64,000 nt of DNA from Polyangia bacterium (GCA_035549075.1 DASZRT010000151.1:26693-90692), one strand, 5' to 3'; positions 1-8,757 are shown, numbered from the stretch's first letter. Program-made: numbers and translations. Notes: generated by a model not told the origin, from the letters alone.

Positions 1-1
1 G

Positions 2-1621
2 GAGGGCGACAAGCTGCTCCAGCTCGGCAAGCTCATCAAGGGCCTGCGCCGCCCCGGCATCGTCTACTGCGCGACGGTCAAGGCCGTCGACGAGCTCTAC
101 GTCGCGCTCCGCCACGGCAAGATCCCCGTCGAGCGCTACAACGGCAAGATGACGACCGACGAGCGCGAGAAGTCGCAGGCGTCGTTCATGCAGTCGGGCC
201 GCAAGGTCGTCATGCTGGCGACGAACGCGTTCGGCCTCGGCATCGACAAGCCCGACATCCGCTACATCATCCACTACCAGATGCCCGGCTCGCCCGAGGC
301 GTACGTGCAAGAGGCCGGTCGCGCGGGCCGCGACGGCAAGCCGGCGCGCTGCGTGCTGCTCTTCCAGCCCGACGACATCGCCATTCAAGAGCACTTCTTG
401 AAAGAGGCGCACCCGACGAAGGCGCAGGCGCGCATGGTGGCCGAGGGCCTCTACGCGTGGAGCGACGAGGGCAAAGAGGTCTCGGTGCGCGACCTCGCGA
501 TGTCGCTCGCGCTGCCCGAGCGCCGCGTGCGCGTCATCTTGTCGGTGCTCGAGGCGATGGGCGTCGCGCGCGAGATCAAGGCCGCGCGCTGGGAGGGCGT
601 CGAGCCCAAGCCCTCGCGCGAGCAGATCGACAAGGCCGCGTCGGTGTTCGTCGCTCGGCAGATCTCCGATCGGCGGCGCCTCAACGATCTGCTGAAGTAC
701 ATGAACACGCAGCGCTGCCGCGTGCAGATGATGCGTGCGTACTTCGGCGAGCCCGAGGGCGACAAGTGCGGCATGTGCGACTCGTGCGCGGGCCTCGACA
801 GCGAGGTGTTCGACACGAGCGCCGACGATCGCCGCACGGGCCTGCACGCGGCCACCGACTTCCACGCGCGCCCGCGACGGCGGCGACGCGGTCGCGGCGG
901 CGCCGAGATGCCGGCCGTGGCGAATCAGCCGAGGCCCATGTCGGTGCCGGCGGCGGCGCGCCCGATCGTCTTCGAGTCGCAGATCCCGAGCGACGTCCCC
1001 GCGGCTTTGCCCGCTTGGGTGTTGCCGCCCGCCGACGAGCGCGAGCGCACGCTCGACGCGAGCGCGTGGGACGACGCGGTCTCCGCAGAGGCCTTGGCCG
1101 GCGAAGTTCTTCACGACGACGCCGACGCGTGGCTCGCCGAGATCATCGCCGCGAGCGCGCCGGCCGACGTGCCCGCGGCCACGAGCGGCGTCGAGGTTCT
1201 CGACGTGGCCCCGACGGTGAGCGAAGCGCCCATCGACGGCGTTCCCGTCGCGACCGAGGCCGATCCGTTCGCCAACGGTTGGTCCGCCGTGCGCGACGCC
1301 AACATCCGTCCGTACGTCGAGTGGCGCCCGTCGGTGTCCGTGTCGCTGCCCGCGCTACAAGCCCGGCCGGCGCAGCACGGAGCAAACGGGCAACACGGCC
1401 AAGGCGGTCGCCCCCAGCAGGGCCACCACCAGCAGCAGGGCCGCCACGGCGGGAACGGGAACGGCCGCGGCGGGAACGATCGCGGCGGCGGCAACGACCG
1501 CAACGGCCGTCGCAACAAGCGTCGCGGCCGCGACCGCGATCGCGGCAACAACAAACGCGACTTTCGCGATCGCGACCGTGGGCCGCGCCTGCCGGGCTTT
1601 TACAACCCAGGCGGCGACTAG
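2..1621 (+). CDS. recQ: RecQ-family ATP-dependent DNA helicase, C-terminal part (5' end lies outside the window). Carries a Zn-binding/RQC-like region followed by a long Ala/Pro-rich and RGG/RD-repeat disordered tail.
   Basis: Frame 2 reads continuously from position 2. Helicase motifs V/VI are present (MLATNAFGLGIDKPDIRYIIHY, QEAGRAGRDG), then CGMCDSC. The C-terminal 80 aa are G/R/N/D-rich (GRGGNDRGGGNDRNGRR...). High GC3. Confidence 0.85.
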   Translation, partial: EGDKLLQLGKLIKGLRRPGIVYCATVKAVDELYVALRHGKIPVERYNGKMTTDEREKSQASFMQSGRKVVMLATNAFGLGIDKPDIRYIIHYQMPGSPEAYVQEAGRAGRDGKPARCVLLFQPDDIAIQEHFLKEAHPTKAQARMVAEGLYAWSDEGKEVSVRDLAMSLALPERRVRVILSVLEAMGVAREIKAARWEGVEPKPSREQIDKAASVFVARQISDRRRLNDLLKYMNTQRCRVQMMRAYFGEPEGDKCGMCDSCAGLDSEVFDTSADDRRTGLHAATDFHARPRRRRRGRGGAEMPAVANQPRPMSVPAAARPIVFESQIPSDVPAALPAWVLPPADERERTLDASAWDDAVSAEALAGEVLHDDADAWLAEIIAASAPADVPAATSGVEVLDVAPTVSEAPIDGVPVATEADPFANGWSAVRDANIRPYVEWRPSVSVSLPALQARPAQHGANGQHGQGGRPQQGHHQQQGRHGGNGNGRGGNDRGGGNDRNGRRNKRRGRDRDRGNNKRDFRDRDRGPRLPGFYNPGGD

Positions 1622-1657
1622 CGGTCACGCACCAGCGTTCCGATCTTTCACAGGGCG

Positions 1658-1679
1658 GCGCGGCGCGCCCGCGCCGCGC
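1658..1679 (+). terminator. GC-rich hairpin downstream of the recQ stop (about a 10-bp stem, no U-tract)
   Basis: cgcggcgcg..cgcgccgcg are self-complementary immediately after the TAG at 1619-1621. Confidence 0.3.
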
Positions 1680-1691
1680 GCGGGGTCTTCG

Positions 1692-1707
1692 TGGCACGTC
1701 GCTTGAT
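1692..1707 (+). promoter_or_regulatory. Sigma-54 (-24/-12)-like element TGGCACG-N4-TTGA upstream of the 1720 lipoprotein gene
   Basis: gTGGCACGtcgcTTGAtacg closely matches the TGGCAC-N5-TTGC consensus. The window contains a sigma-54 enhancer-binding protein (29726..31138). Confidence 0.3.
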
Positions 1708-1719
1708 ACGAGCCGCGGC

Positions 1720-2184
1720 ATGCGTTCAGCGAAGATCTTGGTGTTGGGCGTCGCGCTCGGCGGGTGCGGCACGTCGGTGACGGTGACGCGGCTGCGTGAA
1801 AGCGACGCCGTCGGCCACCTGCGGCCGTCGCAGGTCGAAGTGTTCGCGAGCGGCCCGCCCGCGCGCCCGCACGACGACGTCGCCGTCCTCGACGCCGAAC
1901 AAGTCGAGGGTGGTGACGACACGCGCGCCTTCATCGGCGCGCTGCAATCACGCGCCGCCGAGCTCGGCTGCGACGCCATCGTCCTCGGCGGCCGCACCGA
2001 TCACGACGGCGCGCCGCTCGGCTCGGCCTGGCGCCTGGTCGATCCCGGCCGAGCGACGATGAGCGCCACCTGCATCGTCTACCGCGACGCCCGCGAGGAA
2101 ACCGTCGGTTCGTTCGACCGCCCGATCTCCACGCATCGCCGAATCGCCTCGAACCAACGCGTCGACGGCGAAGACCCGCGCTAA
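1720..2184 (+). CDS. Small lipoprotein, hypothetical (154 aa)
   Basis: An internal ATG of the 457..2184 ORF gives MRSAKILVLGVALGGCGT (signal peptide with an LGGC lipobox). The N-terminal part of the track ORF is an Arg-rich out-of-frame read of recQ. Confidence 0.7.
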   Translation: MRSAKILVLGVALGGCGTSVTVTRLRESDAVGHLRPSQVEVFASGPPARPHDDVAVLDAEQVEGGDDTRAFIGALQSRAAELGCDAIVLGGRTDHDGAPLGSAWRLVDPGRATMSATCIVYRDAREETVGSFDRPISTHRRIASNQRVDGEDPR

Positions 2185-3164
2185 GGGTTGGCTTTGACCC
2201 AGGCGGCGAAGCGCGCGATGCCGTCCTCGATCGCGACGCGCGGGGCGTAGCCGAGCGCGCGGCCCACGATCGACACGTCGGCCAGCGTGCGCTTCATGTC
2301 GCCCGGCTGCTCGGGCTTCCATTCGATGATGGGCTTCTTGCCGAGCGAATCCGAGAGCAGCTCGACGAGGCCGAGCAGCGTCGTCGTGCGCGAGCCGCCC
2401 AAATTGTAGATGCGGAAGTCGGGGGCGCCCTTCCCTTGCTGGCCCATCTGTTGGTCGATGCTGGCGACGACGCCGTCGATGATGTCGTCGATCCAGGTGT
2501 AGTCGCGCGACGTGCTGCCGTCGCCGAACAGCTGGATCGGCTTACCCGCGAGGATGTGGCGCGCGAACTTGTGGATCGCGAGGTCGGGCCGCTGGCGCGG
2601 GCCGTAGACGGTGAAGAAGCGCAGGCACGTCACGTCGAGCGCGTAGAGGTGGTGCGCCGTGAAGAGCTGCAGCTCGCCCGCGCGCTTTGTAGAAGCGTAC
2701 GGCGACAGCGGCTTGAGGCAGAGGTCGGTCTCTTTGAACGGCGGATCGCTGTCGCCGCCGTAGACCGACGACGACGACGCGAACACGAGGCGCGTGACGC
2801 CCGCGGCGCGCGCCGCCTCGGTGAGGCGCGTCGTGCCGAGAAGATTCACGTCGACGTAGCGCGCCGGATCCTCGAGCGACGGCCGCACCCCCGCGAGCGC
2901 CGCGAGGTGCACGACCGAATCGAACTTCGCGCCCAAAGGCGAAGAAGAAAAAGCCCGCCCGAGATCCGCCGTCGAGCGCAGATCGCCTTCGATCAGCGAG
3001 AAGCGAGGCGAGGCGCGCAGCCCCGCGAGGTTCCGCTCTTTGACGTCGCGTCCGTAGAACGCGTCGAAGTTGTCGAGGCCCACGACCTCGTCGCCGCGCG
3101 CGACGAGGCGCTCGGAGAGGTGAGAGCCGATGAACCCGGCGGCGCCGGTCACGAGGATGCGCAT
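2181..3164 (-). CDS. NAD-dependent epimerase/dehydratase (UDP-sugar / UDP-glucuronate 4-epimerase-like SDR)
   Basis: MRILVTGAAGFIGSHL Rossmann motif and an extended-SDR YxxxK region; 327 aa; high GC3. Confidence 0.9.
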   Translation of the reverse strand: MRILVTGAAGFIGSHLSERLVARGDEVVGLDNFDAFYGRDVKERNLAGLRASPRFSLIEGDLRSTADLGRAFSSSPLGAKFDSVVHLAALAGVRPSLEDPARYVDVNLLGTTRLTEAARAAGVTRLVFASSSSVYGGDSDPPFKETDLCLKPLSPYASTKRAGELQLFTAHHLYALDVTCLRFFTVYGPRQRPDLAIHKFARHILAGKPIQLFGDGSTSRDYTWIDDIIDGVVASIDQQMGQQGKGAPDFRIYNLGGSRTTTLLGLVELLSDSLGKKPIIEWKPEQPGDMKRTLADVSIVGRALGYAPRVAIEDGIARFAAWVKANP

Positions 3165-3188
3165 GGCCGCTCCAAAATAACCCGTCCG

Positions 3189-3941
3189 TCAGGCCGGCGC
3201 GCGCAGGTGCAGCAGAAACTCGACGTTGCCCTTGCCGCCCGTGATGGGCGAGACGGTGTCGCCGCGCGCCTCGTAGCCGAGCTCGACGGCGGCGGCGCGC
3301 ACCTCGTCGAGCGCCCGCGCGCGCGCCGCCTCGTCACGCACGATGCCGCCCTTGCCGATTTTCTCGCGCCCCACCTCAAACTGCGGCTTGACGAGCGCGA
3401 CGACGGGAGCGCCCGGCTTCGCAAAGACGATGAGCGCGGGCAGCACGAGCTTGAGCGAGATGAACGACACGTCGATGACGACGAGGTCGACGCGCGCCGG
3501 CAGCAGATCGGGCGGGGCGAGGCGGATGTTCACGCGGTCGAGCACCCGCACGCGCGCGTCCGAGGCGATCTTCCAATCGAGCTGCCCGTGCCCCACGTCG
3601 ACGCACGTGACGTGCGCCGCCCCGCGCTGGAGCAGGCAGTCCGTGAAGCCGCCCGTCGACGCGCCGACGTCCAGCGCCGTCAGCCCACGCGGGTCGACGC
3701 CGAACGCGTCGAGCGCGTGCGCGAGCTTGAGCCCGCCGCGCGACACGTACGGCATGGGCGCCGACCGCAGCCGCAGCTCCGCGCCCTCGTCGACCAAATC
3801 GCCCGCCTTTTCCACGGGCCGGTCACCCGCGAGCACCTCGCCCGCGAGGATGAGCGCCCGCGCCTTCTCGCGCGACGGCGCGAGCCCCTGCTCGACGAGC
3901 GCGAGGTCCGCGCGCGTCCGACGCGGCTTGGCGGAGGCCAT
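3189..3941 (-). CDS. tlyA: TlyA-family rRNA 2'-O-methyltransferase (hemolysin A-like)
   Basis: S4-like N-terminus (RADLALVEQGLAPSREKARALILAGEV) and FtsJ-like MTase core (LDVGASTGGFTD). ATG at 3941; an alternative TTG start lies at 3947. Confidence 0.9.
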   Translation of the reverse strand: MASAKPRRTRADLALVEQGLAPSREKARALILAGEVLAGDRPVEKAGDLVDEGAELRLRSAPMPYVSRGGLKLAHALDAFGVDPRGLTALDVGASTGGFTDCLLQRGAAHVTCVDVGHGQLDWKIASDARVRVLDRVNIRLAPPDLLPARVDLVVIDVSFISLKLVLPALIVFAKPGAPVVALVKPQFEVGREKIGKGGIVRDEAARARALDEVRAAAVELGYEARGDTVSPITGGKGNVEFLLHLRAPA

Positions 3942-4027
3942 GGGCAATCTTTAGAAGAGGTGGGTTGCAAAGTCGATCGCCCTGCGTAGAATGCAGCCGC
4001 GGTCGACGCTCCGGCGTCCACCGTGAT

Positions 4028-4103
4028 GGGGCTTTAGCTCAGCTGGGAGAGCGCCTGAATCGCACTCAGGAGGCCGACGGTTCGATCCCGTTAAGCTCCA
4101 CCA
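4028..4103 (+). tRNA. tRNA-Ala (anticodon CGC)
   Basis: Cloverleaf folds: acceptor GGGGCUU/AAGCUCC with a G3:U70 wobble (the Ala identity element), anticodon loop AUCGCAC, T-loop GGUUCGAUCC, encoded CCA end. Confidence 0.85.
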
Positions 4104-4142
4104 TCATCTCAAGTTTCGGCTCCGCCTCCCGATGCGCGGGCC

Positions 4143-5387
4143 GTGCGCCCATTCTTCGGGTTGGTCCTGGTGGCGGCGGCTGCGTTCACGCTCGGTGCCT
4201 CCTGCGGCGGTAAGGGTTCCGCCGCGGGTGAATGCACGGCGGCGGCGGACATTTCGGCCGGCAAGCTCCGATGCATGGACGAGCTCGCGACCTGCGGCTC
4301 GGTGACGGTCAACATGCTCGCCGGGGGCCTCACGTGCACGTACCCGTGTGGCACGTGCACGCCGGACGAGCGCTGCGACACGATGGACGACGTGGTCGAG
4401 GGCGGCAATGAGACGGGTGTCTGCGTCCCGCTCGACGAGCCGGACGCGTCGGTAGACGACGGCGGCGACGAGGACGCGTCGGAGCCGAACGACGCGCCGA
4501 CCAACACCTCGCCGGACGCGCCGACCGACACGCCCGTCGACCAAGCGATGACGAGCGACGCGGCCGGCGACGCGCCGGTCTCGCCGCCCTCGCTGTGCAC
4601 CGCGGTGCCGGTGCGGGCGCTCTCGATCCCCGACAGCTACAGCGGGACGCTCTCCGGCCCCAGCAAGATCGCGACGAGCAACTGCTGGGGCCAGGTCACG
4701 AGCGGCCCCGACGACGTGTTCACGCTGCACCTCGATCAGGCGACGGGCGTCGAGATCCACGCGCAGCTCGAGCCGGTGGCGTCGATCACCGACCAGACGA
4801 TCGTCGTCGGCGTCCGCAAGAAATGTGCGGACGGCGGCGGCGAGCTCGTCTGCAACGTCCATCGCAACCAAGGTACCGGCGCGCTCGTCCACACGATCCT
4901 GCAGCCCGGCGACTACCTCGTGACCGTCGATACCTTCACGGTGAGCCAGGACGGCGGCGCGCCGCCCTCGTCGGCGGCGTACTCGCTCACGACGTCGAAG
5001 TTCGACTTCCCACCCAACGTCGCATGCGCGCAGGCCGTCGAGGTCACGAACGGTCAGATGCTGACGAGCCAGGACGCCTCGGCCGGCGTCGACGATCTCT
5101 CGCGCTGCGACCGCCTCGTCACGGCGAAGGTCATCTACTACAAGGCCACCGTGCCCGCGGGGCAGACGCTCATGGTGAAGAGCACGGGCCGCAGCGCCGT
5201 GCGCATCCTCGCGTCCTGCGACGCGGCGACCTGCCTGACCGAGGCGAAGGACAACGGCACCTCGATGGGCGCGACCGCGACGTGGACCAACGCCGGCGCC
5301 GCGCCCACGACGGTCTTCATCGCGCTCGGCGCCTTCGACGCCTCGACGAGCGCCAGCTACGACATCTCCTTCGCGATCGCGCCCTGA
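4143..5387 (+). CDS. Secreted Cys-rich protein with an acidic Asp/Pro linker and two pre-peptidase C-terminal (PPC)-like beta-sandwich repeats; hypothetical
   Basis: GTG start. Signal peptide MRPFFGLVLVAAAAFTLGASC. Two repeats of ~110 aa share GTLSGPSKIATSNCWGQVTSGPDDVFTLHL and VTNGQMLTSQDASAGVDDLSRCDRLVTAKVIYYKATV. Confidence 0.75.
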   Translation: MRPFFGLVLVAAAAFTLGASCGGKGSAAGECTAAADISAGKLRCMDELATCGSVTVNMLAGGLTCTYPCGTCTPDERCDTMDDVVEGGNETGVCVPLDEPDASVDDGGDEDASEPNDAPTNTSPDAPTDTPVDQAMTSDAAGDAPVSPPSLCTAVPVRALSIPDSYSGTLSGPSKIATSNCWGQVTSGPDDVFTLHLDQATGVEIHAQLEPVASITDQTIVVGVRKKCADGGGELVCNVHRNQGTGALVHTILQPGDYLVTVDTFTVSQDGGAPPSSAAYSLTTSKFDFPPNVACAQAVEVTNGQMLTSQDASAGVDDLSRCDRLVTAKVIYYKATVPAGQTLMVKSTGRSAVRILASCDAATCLTEAKDNGTSMGATATWTNAGAAPTTVFIALGAFDASTSASYDISFAIAP

Positions 5388-5440
5388 CGTAAACCTCGTC
5401 GCGCCGCGACGCTCACAGAGCGGCGTTATGATCCGCGGCG

Positions 5441-6337
5441 ATGCCTGAACCGCGAACCGATCGCGCGCGCGGCGCCCTGTTCGGCCTCGCCGTCGGCGAC
5501 GCGCTCGGGACGACGCTCGAGTTCGCGAGGCCGGACGTTCCGTCATTTCCGACGCGGCTCGAGGGTCCTCATCGAACCATCACGGGCGCCGGGCCGTTTC
5601 GGTTGACGGCCGGCGAGGTCACCGACGACACGCAGATGGCTTGCTGCCTCGCGGCCTCGCTCACCGAGCGCGACGCGTTCGATGCGAGCGACGTTCTCAG
5701 TCGGTACAAGCGGTGGAGCCTCGTTGCGTTCGACGTCGGCCTTCAAACGAGGGCGGCGCTCTCGTTCGCCGCCGACGGCGGGCGCGCCGTGTGGGAGCGG
5801 CGAACGGGCGAAAAGCCGGCCGGCAACGGCAGCTTGATGCGGACGGCGCCGATCGGCGTGCGCTTCGCCGAAGACGACGACGCCCGCGTCGCCACGTCGT
5901 GGGCCGATTCGTCGCTCACGCACTTCGACCCGCGCTGTCTCTTCGCGTGCGTCGCCTTCAACGGCGCCGTCGCGGCCGGCGTGCGGGGCGCATCGACGGT
6001 CGAGATGCTCGCCGCGGCCACGCACGATCTCGAAGCCGCGCGCGCACGGTACGTCAAAGCTCGCTCACACATTCGCGCCGAGCTCACGAGCGGAGCGCGC
6101 GCCATCGCCGACGATCTCCGCTTCGCCGAAGCGCCCGATCCTCATCTCGAAAGCGTCTCCAGCGAAGGCGGCCTCGACCGCGGCGGCGACGCCGACACCA
6201 ACGGCGCCATCACCGGCGCGCTGCTGGGCGCGCGCCACGGCGAGAAGGCGATCCCCGCCACATGGCGCGATCGCGTTCTAAACGCGCGCGGGCTGGAGCC
6301 TCGGTACCACCCGCGCGTGTTGCTCGAGATGATTTAG
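5441..6337 (+). CDS. ADP-ribosylglycohydrolase family protein (DraG/ARH-like)
   Basis: ALFGLAVGDALGTTLEF N-terminal motif and C-terminal GGDADTNGAITGALLGARHG motif typical of ADP-ribosyl hydrolases. Confidence 0.85.
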   Translation: MPEPRTDRARGALFGLAVGDALGTTLEFARPDVPSFPTRLEGPHRTITGAGPFRLTAGEVTDDTQMACCLAASLTERDAFDASDVLSRYKRWSLVAFDVGLQTRAALSFAADGGRAVWERRTGEKPAGNGSLMRTAPIGVRFAEDDDARVATSWADSSLTHFDPRCLFACVAFNGAVAAGVRGASTVEMLAAATHDLEAARARYVKARSHIRAELTSGARAIADDLRFAEAPDPHLESVSSEGGLDRGGDADTNGAITGALLGARHGEKAIPATWRDRVLNARGLEPRYHPRVLLEMI

Positions 6338-6537
6338 GTGCGCCCGTGCGGAGGCGGGGGTGCGCTGGGCTGCTCGTCGCCTTCGCACTCTTCGAGCTTT
6401 TGTAGGTCCTTCTTCGGAATGAGCGCCGCGAGCGTCGTCCCGTACCGGGTGACCTTGATCCGTTCGCCTTTCGCCGTGCGCTCGATGAGCGCCGCGAAGT
6501 CCTTTCGCGCTTTCGCCGCCTGAACTCTTTGAGCCAT
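6334..6537 (-). CDS. Phd/YefM-like type II antitoxin-fold protein (67 aa), orphan
   Basis: KDFAALIERTAKGERIKVTRYGTTLAALIP matches the Phd/YefM N-terminal fold. It overlaps the convergent ADP-ribosylglycohydrolase gene by 4 bp. No toxin gene is adjacent. Confidence 0.55.
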   Translation of the reverse strand: MAQRVQAAKARKDFAALIERTAKGERIKVTRYGTTLAALIPKKDLQKLEECEGDEQPSAPPPPHGRT

Positions 6538-6701
6538 GACGGAAAGCTGGGTCGCGCTTTCGACACGTCAATGTGCGCAACACGGGGCCTGTCGGTAACC
6601 GCAGAAATAACGCCACCCGCAGTTGACATGGGCGAGTGCCAAACACATCTTGTACAAGAACTCGGGACTGTGTCGGTCTCGACTTCGAGGGAGGCCTCCA
6701 C

Positions 6702-7088
6702 ATGACTTCTTCCGTGGGCACGATTCTCCTCGTCGAAGACGACTTCGTCCTCCGCGCCGCGCTCGCCGAGCTGTTCACCAGCGAGGGTTATTCGGTCGCC
6801 TGTGCCGCGAACGGGCTCGAAGCGTTCGCGCTGCTCAGCAACAAAGCGATGCCGAAGCCGTCGGTGATCGTCCTCGATCTCATGATGCCGTACATGGACG
6901 GGATCGAGTTCCGCGCGCTCCAGCGCTCGTTGCCGTCGGTGTCGGACGTGCCGGTCGTCGTCATCACGGCGAACGGCAGCGTCGCCGTCGAGGCCGAGCA
7001 GCTCGCCGTCGCGCGCACGATGTTCAAGCCGGTCAACAGCTGGCGGCTGCTCGACGCCGTCCGCGAGCTCGCGCCCGCGGCGGCATGA
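6702..7088 (+). CDS. Single-domain response regulator (CheY-like receiver)
   Basis: GGGAGG RBS 8 nt upstream of ATG 6702. ILLVEDD...VLDLMMPYMDG...VVVITANG receiver motifs. Confidence 0.85.
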   Translation: MTSSVGTILLVEDDFVLRAALAELFTSEGYSVACAANGLEAFALLSNKAMPKPSVIVLDLMMPYMDGIEFRALQRSLPSVSDVPVVVITANGSVAVEAEQLAVARTMFKPVNSWRLLDAVRELAPAAA

Positions 7089-7795
7089 TGGCGTCCGAGC
7101 GTGCACGCGCCGCCGCGCTCGTGCCCGTGGACGTCTCGCTGCTGAGCCACGTGCTGCTCACCCCGCTGTCGGGGATCGTCATGTGGTGCCAGATGCTCGA
7201 GCGCCAACCGCAGCTGCCGCCGACGGTCAAGCGCGGGCTGCACGCCATCGACCACGGCGCGCGCGCGCAGGTCGCGATCCTCGAGAACCTCGTCGAGATG
7301 AGCCGCCTCCACGCGGGCGATCGCGAGCTCCATCGCACGCGCGTCGACGTCGTCGCGGGCGCGCACGACGTCGTCGCTCAGGCGACGAGCGCCGCCGAGC
7401 CTCGAGGCGTGCTGCTCGTGTTCGCGGGGCCGGCGGCGCCGTGCTTCGTCGAAGGTGATCCGGCCCGGCTGCGCTGCGCGCTCCGCAACGTCGTCGACAA
7501 CGCCGTCGCGGCTTCGTCCGACGGGGGGCGCGTCGAGGTCACCGTCGAAGAGACCGTGAACGGCGTCGTCTTCAGCGTCGCCGACGCCGGCAGCGGCCTG
7601 ACGCCCGCGACGTGGGCACGGCTGCTCGTCCTCGGTGACCTGCGCGAGGCGCGCGCGGCGCGGCGACACGGCGGCCTCGGCCTCGGCTTGCCCATCACGC
7701 GCCACCTCGTCGACCTTCACGGCGGCACGCTCGTGATGAGACCAAACACGCCGCGCGGCTGCCAGGTCGTCATCACGCTGCCGCGCGCGCCCTGA
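7085..7795 (+). CDS. Sensor-less histidine kinase (HisKA + HATPase_c only, 236 aa)
   Basis: ATGA start/stop overlap with the response regulator. H-box SHVLLTPLSGI, N-box NVVDNAV, G-boxes DAGSGL / GLGLGL. No TM or sensor domain. Confidence 0.8.
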   Translation: MMASERARAAALVPVDVSLLSHVLLTPLSGIVMWCQMLERQPQLPPTVKRGLHAIDHGARAQVAILENLVEMSRLHAGDRELHRTRVDVVAGAHDVVAQATSAAEPRGVLLVFAGPAAPCFVEGDPARLRCALRNVVDNAVAASSDGGRVEVTVEETVNGVVFSVADAGSGLTPATWARLLVLGDLREARAARRHGGLGLGLPITRHLVDLHGGTLVMRPNTPRGCQVVITLPRAP

Positions 7796-7836
7796 GCACC
7801 GTTGCGCAAGGTCGCGCGCGCGACCATGTTGGCGAC

Positions 7837-8595
7837 GTGCACCCCGCGCTGCGAACCACCGCGCACCGCCCCTGGCCGCTGCCGCGCGGGCCGTGGCGCA
7901 TGCGGCAGAGCTGGCGCGATCTCTTGTTCGCGCACTGGCCCGTGCCGGCGTCGCGCCTTCAACCGCTCGTCCCGCCCGGGGTCGCGATTCAAGAGCACGA
8001 CGGCACGTCCTGGGTCGGCGTCGTTCCCTTCCGTATGGCGGGCGTGGCGGCGCGCCCGCTGCCCGACGTCCCTGGGCTGTCGGCGTTCCCCGAGCTCAAC
8101 CTGCGCCTCTACGTCGAGGTCGCGGGACGCGCGGGCGTCTGGTTCGTGAGCCTCGACGCCGCGAGCCGCGCCGCCGTCTGGGCCGCGCGCCGCTTCTTCC
8201 ACCTGCCCTACTTCCACGCCGACATGACCGTCCGAAACCAAGGCATCCGCGTCGAGTACCGGAGCGTGCGGCGAGACGTCGCAGGCCCCCGTGTTGCGTT
8301 CGTTGGCTCGTACGGACCGACCTCGACCGTGTTCGAAGCGCGTCGCGGATCGCTCGAGCACTTTCTCACCGAACGTTATTGCCTCTTCGCGCGCGCACCC
8401 GACGGAACGTTGTTGCGCGCCGACATTCACCACGCGCCGTGGCCGATGCAAACGGCGGAAGCCGAGATCGTCGAGAACACGATCGCCGCTGGTCAGGGGA
8501 TCTCCGTACCGCTGGGGCCTCCCGCGCTGCTGCACTTCAGCCGTCGGCTCGACGTCGTCAACTGGCTGCCGGTGCCAGCGGCTGCGGCGGATTGA
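7837..8595 (+). CDS. DUF2071 (YqjF-like) family protein
   Basis: The 252-aa protein has characteristic WRDLLFAHWPV and LRLYVE motifs; coding-like composition. Confidence 0.7.
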   Translation: MHPALRTTAHRPWPLPRGPWRMRQSWRDLLFAHWPVPASRLQPLVPPGVAIQEHDGTSWVGVVPFRMAGVAARPLPDVPGLSAFPELNLRLYVEVAGRAGVWFVSLDAASRAAVWAARRFFHLPYFHADMTVRNQGIRVEYRSVRRDVAGPRVAFVGSYGPTSTVFEARRGSLEHFLTERYCLFARAPDGTLLRADIHHAPWPMQTAEAEIVENTIAAGQGISVPLGPPALLHFSRRLDVVNWLPVPAAAAD

Positions 8596-8628
8596 CGCAG
8601 GCTGATCGGACAATCGAACGGATTGGGC

Positions 8629-8643
8629 TGCACAAACTGTGCA
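8629..8643. promoter_or_regulatory. Perfect inverted repeat TGCACA-AAC-TGTGCA about 115 nt upstream of the LuxR-type regulator gene; candidate operator
   Basis: 15-nt palindrome in the 8596-8757 intergenic region. Confidence 0.3.
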
Positions 8644-8757
8644 GACCAGCTTGTTCCGCCTGCGCCCGCCACGCGTAAACACCAGAAATCACGCGGCGCG
8701 CTGGCGTGGCCGTCATGGAACACCGCTTGCTGAACGTAGCGGCGGGGGGACCTGACG

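Noticed and set aside
457-1719. N-terminal 420 aa of the 575-aa ORF 457..2184
   Set aside because: Out-of-frame overlap of recQ (Arg-rich). Only the segment from the internal ATG 1720, which has a lipoprotein signal, is plausible.
2436-3989. 517-aa plus-strand ORF
   Set aside because: Antisense to the epimerase and tlyA genes, with Arg/Ala/Glu-rich junk.
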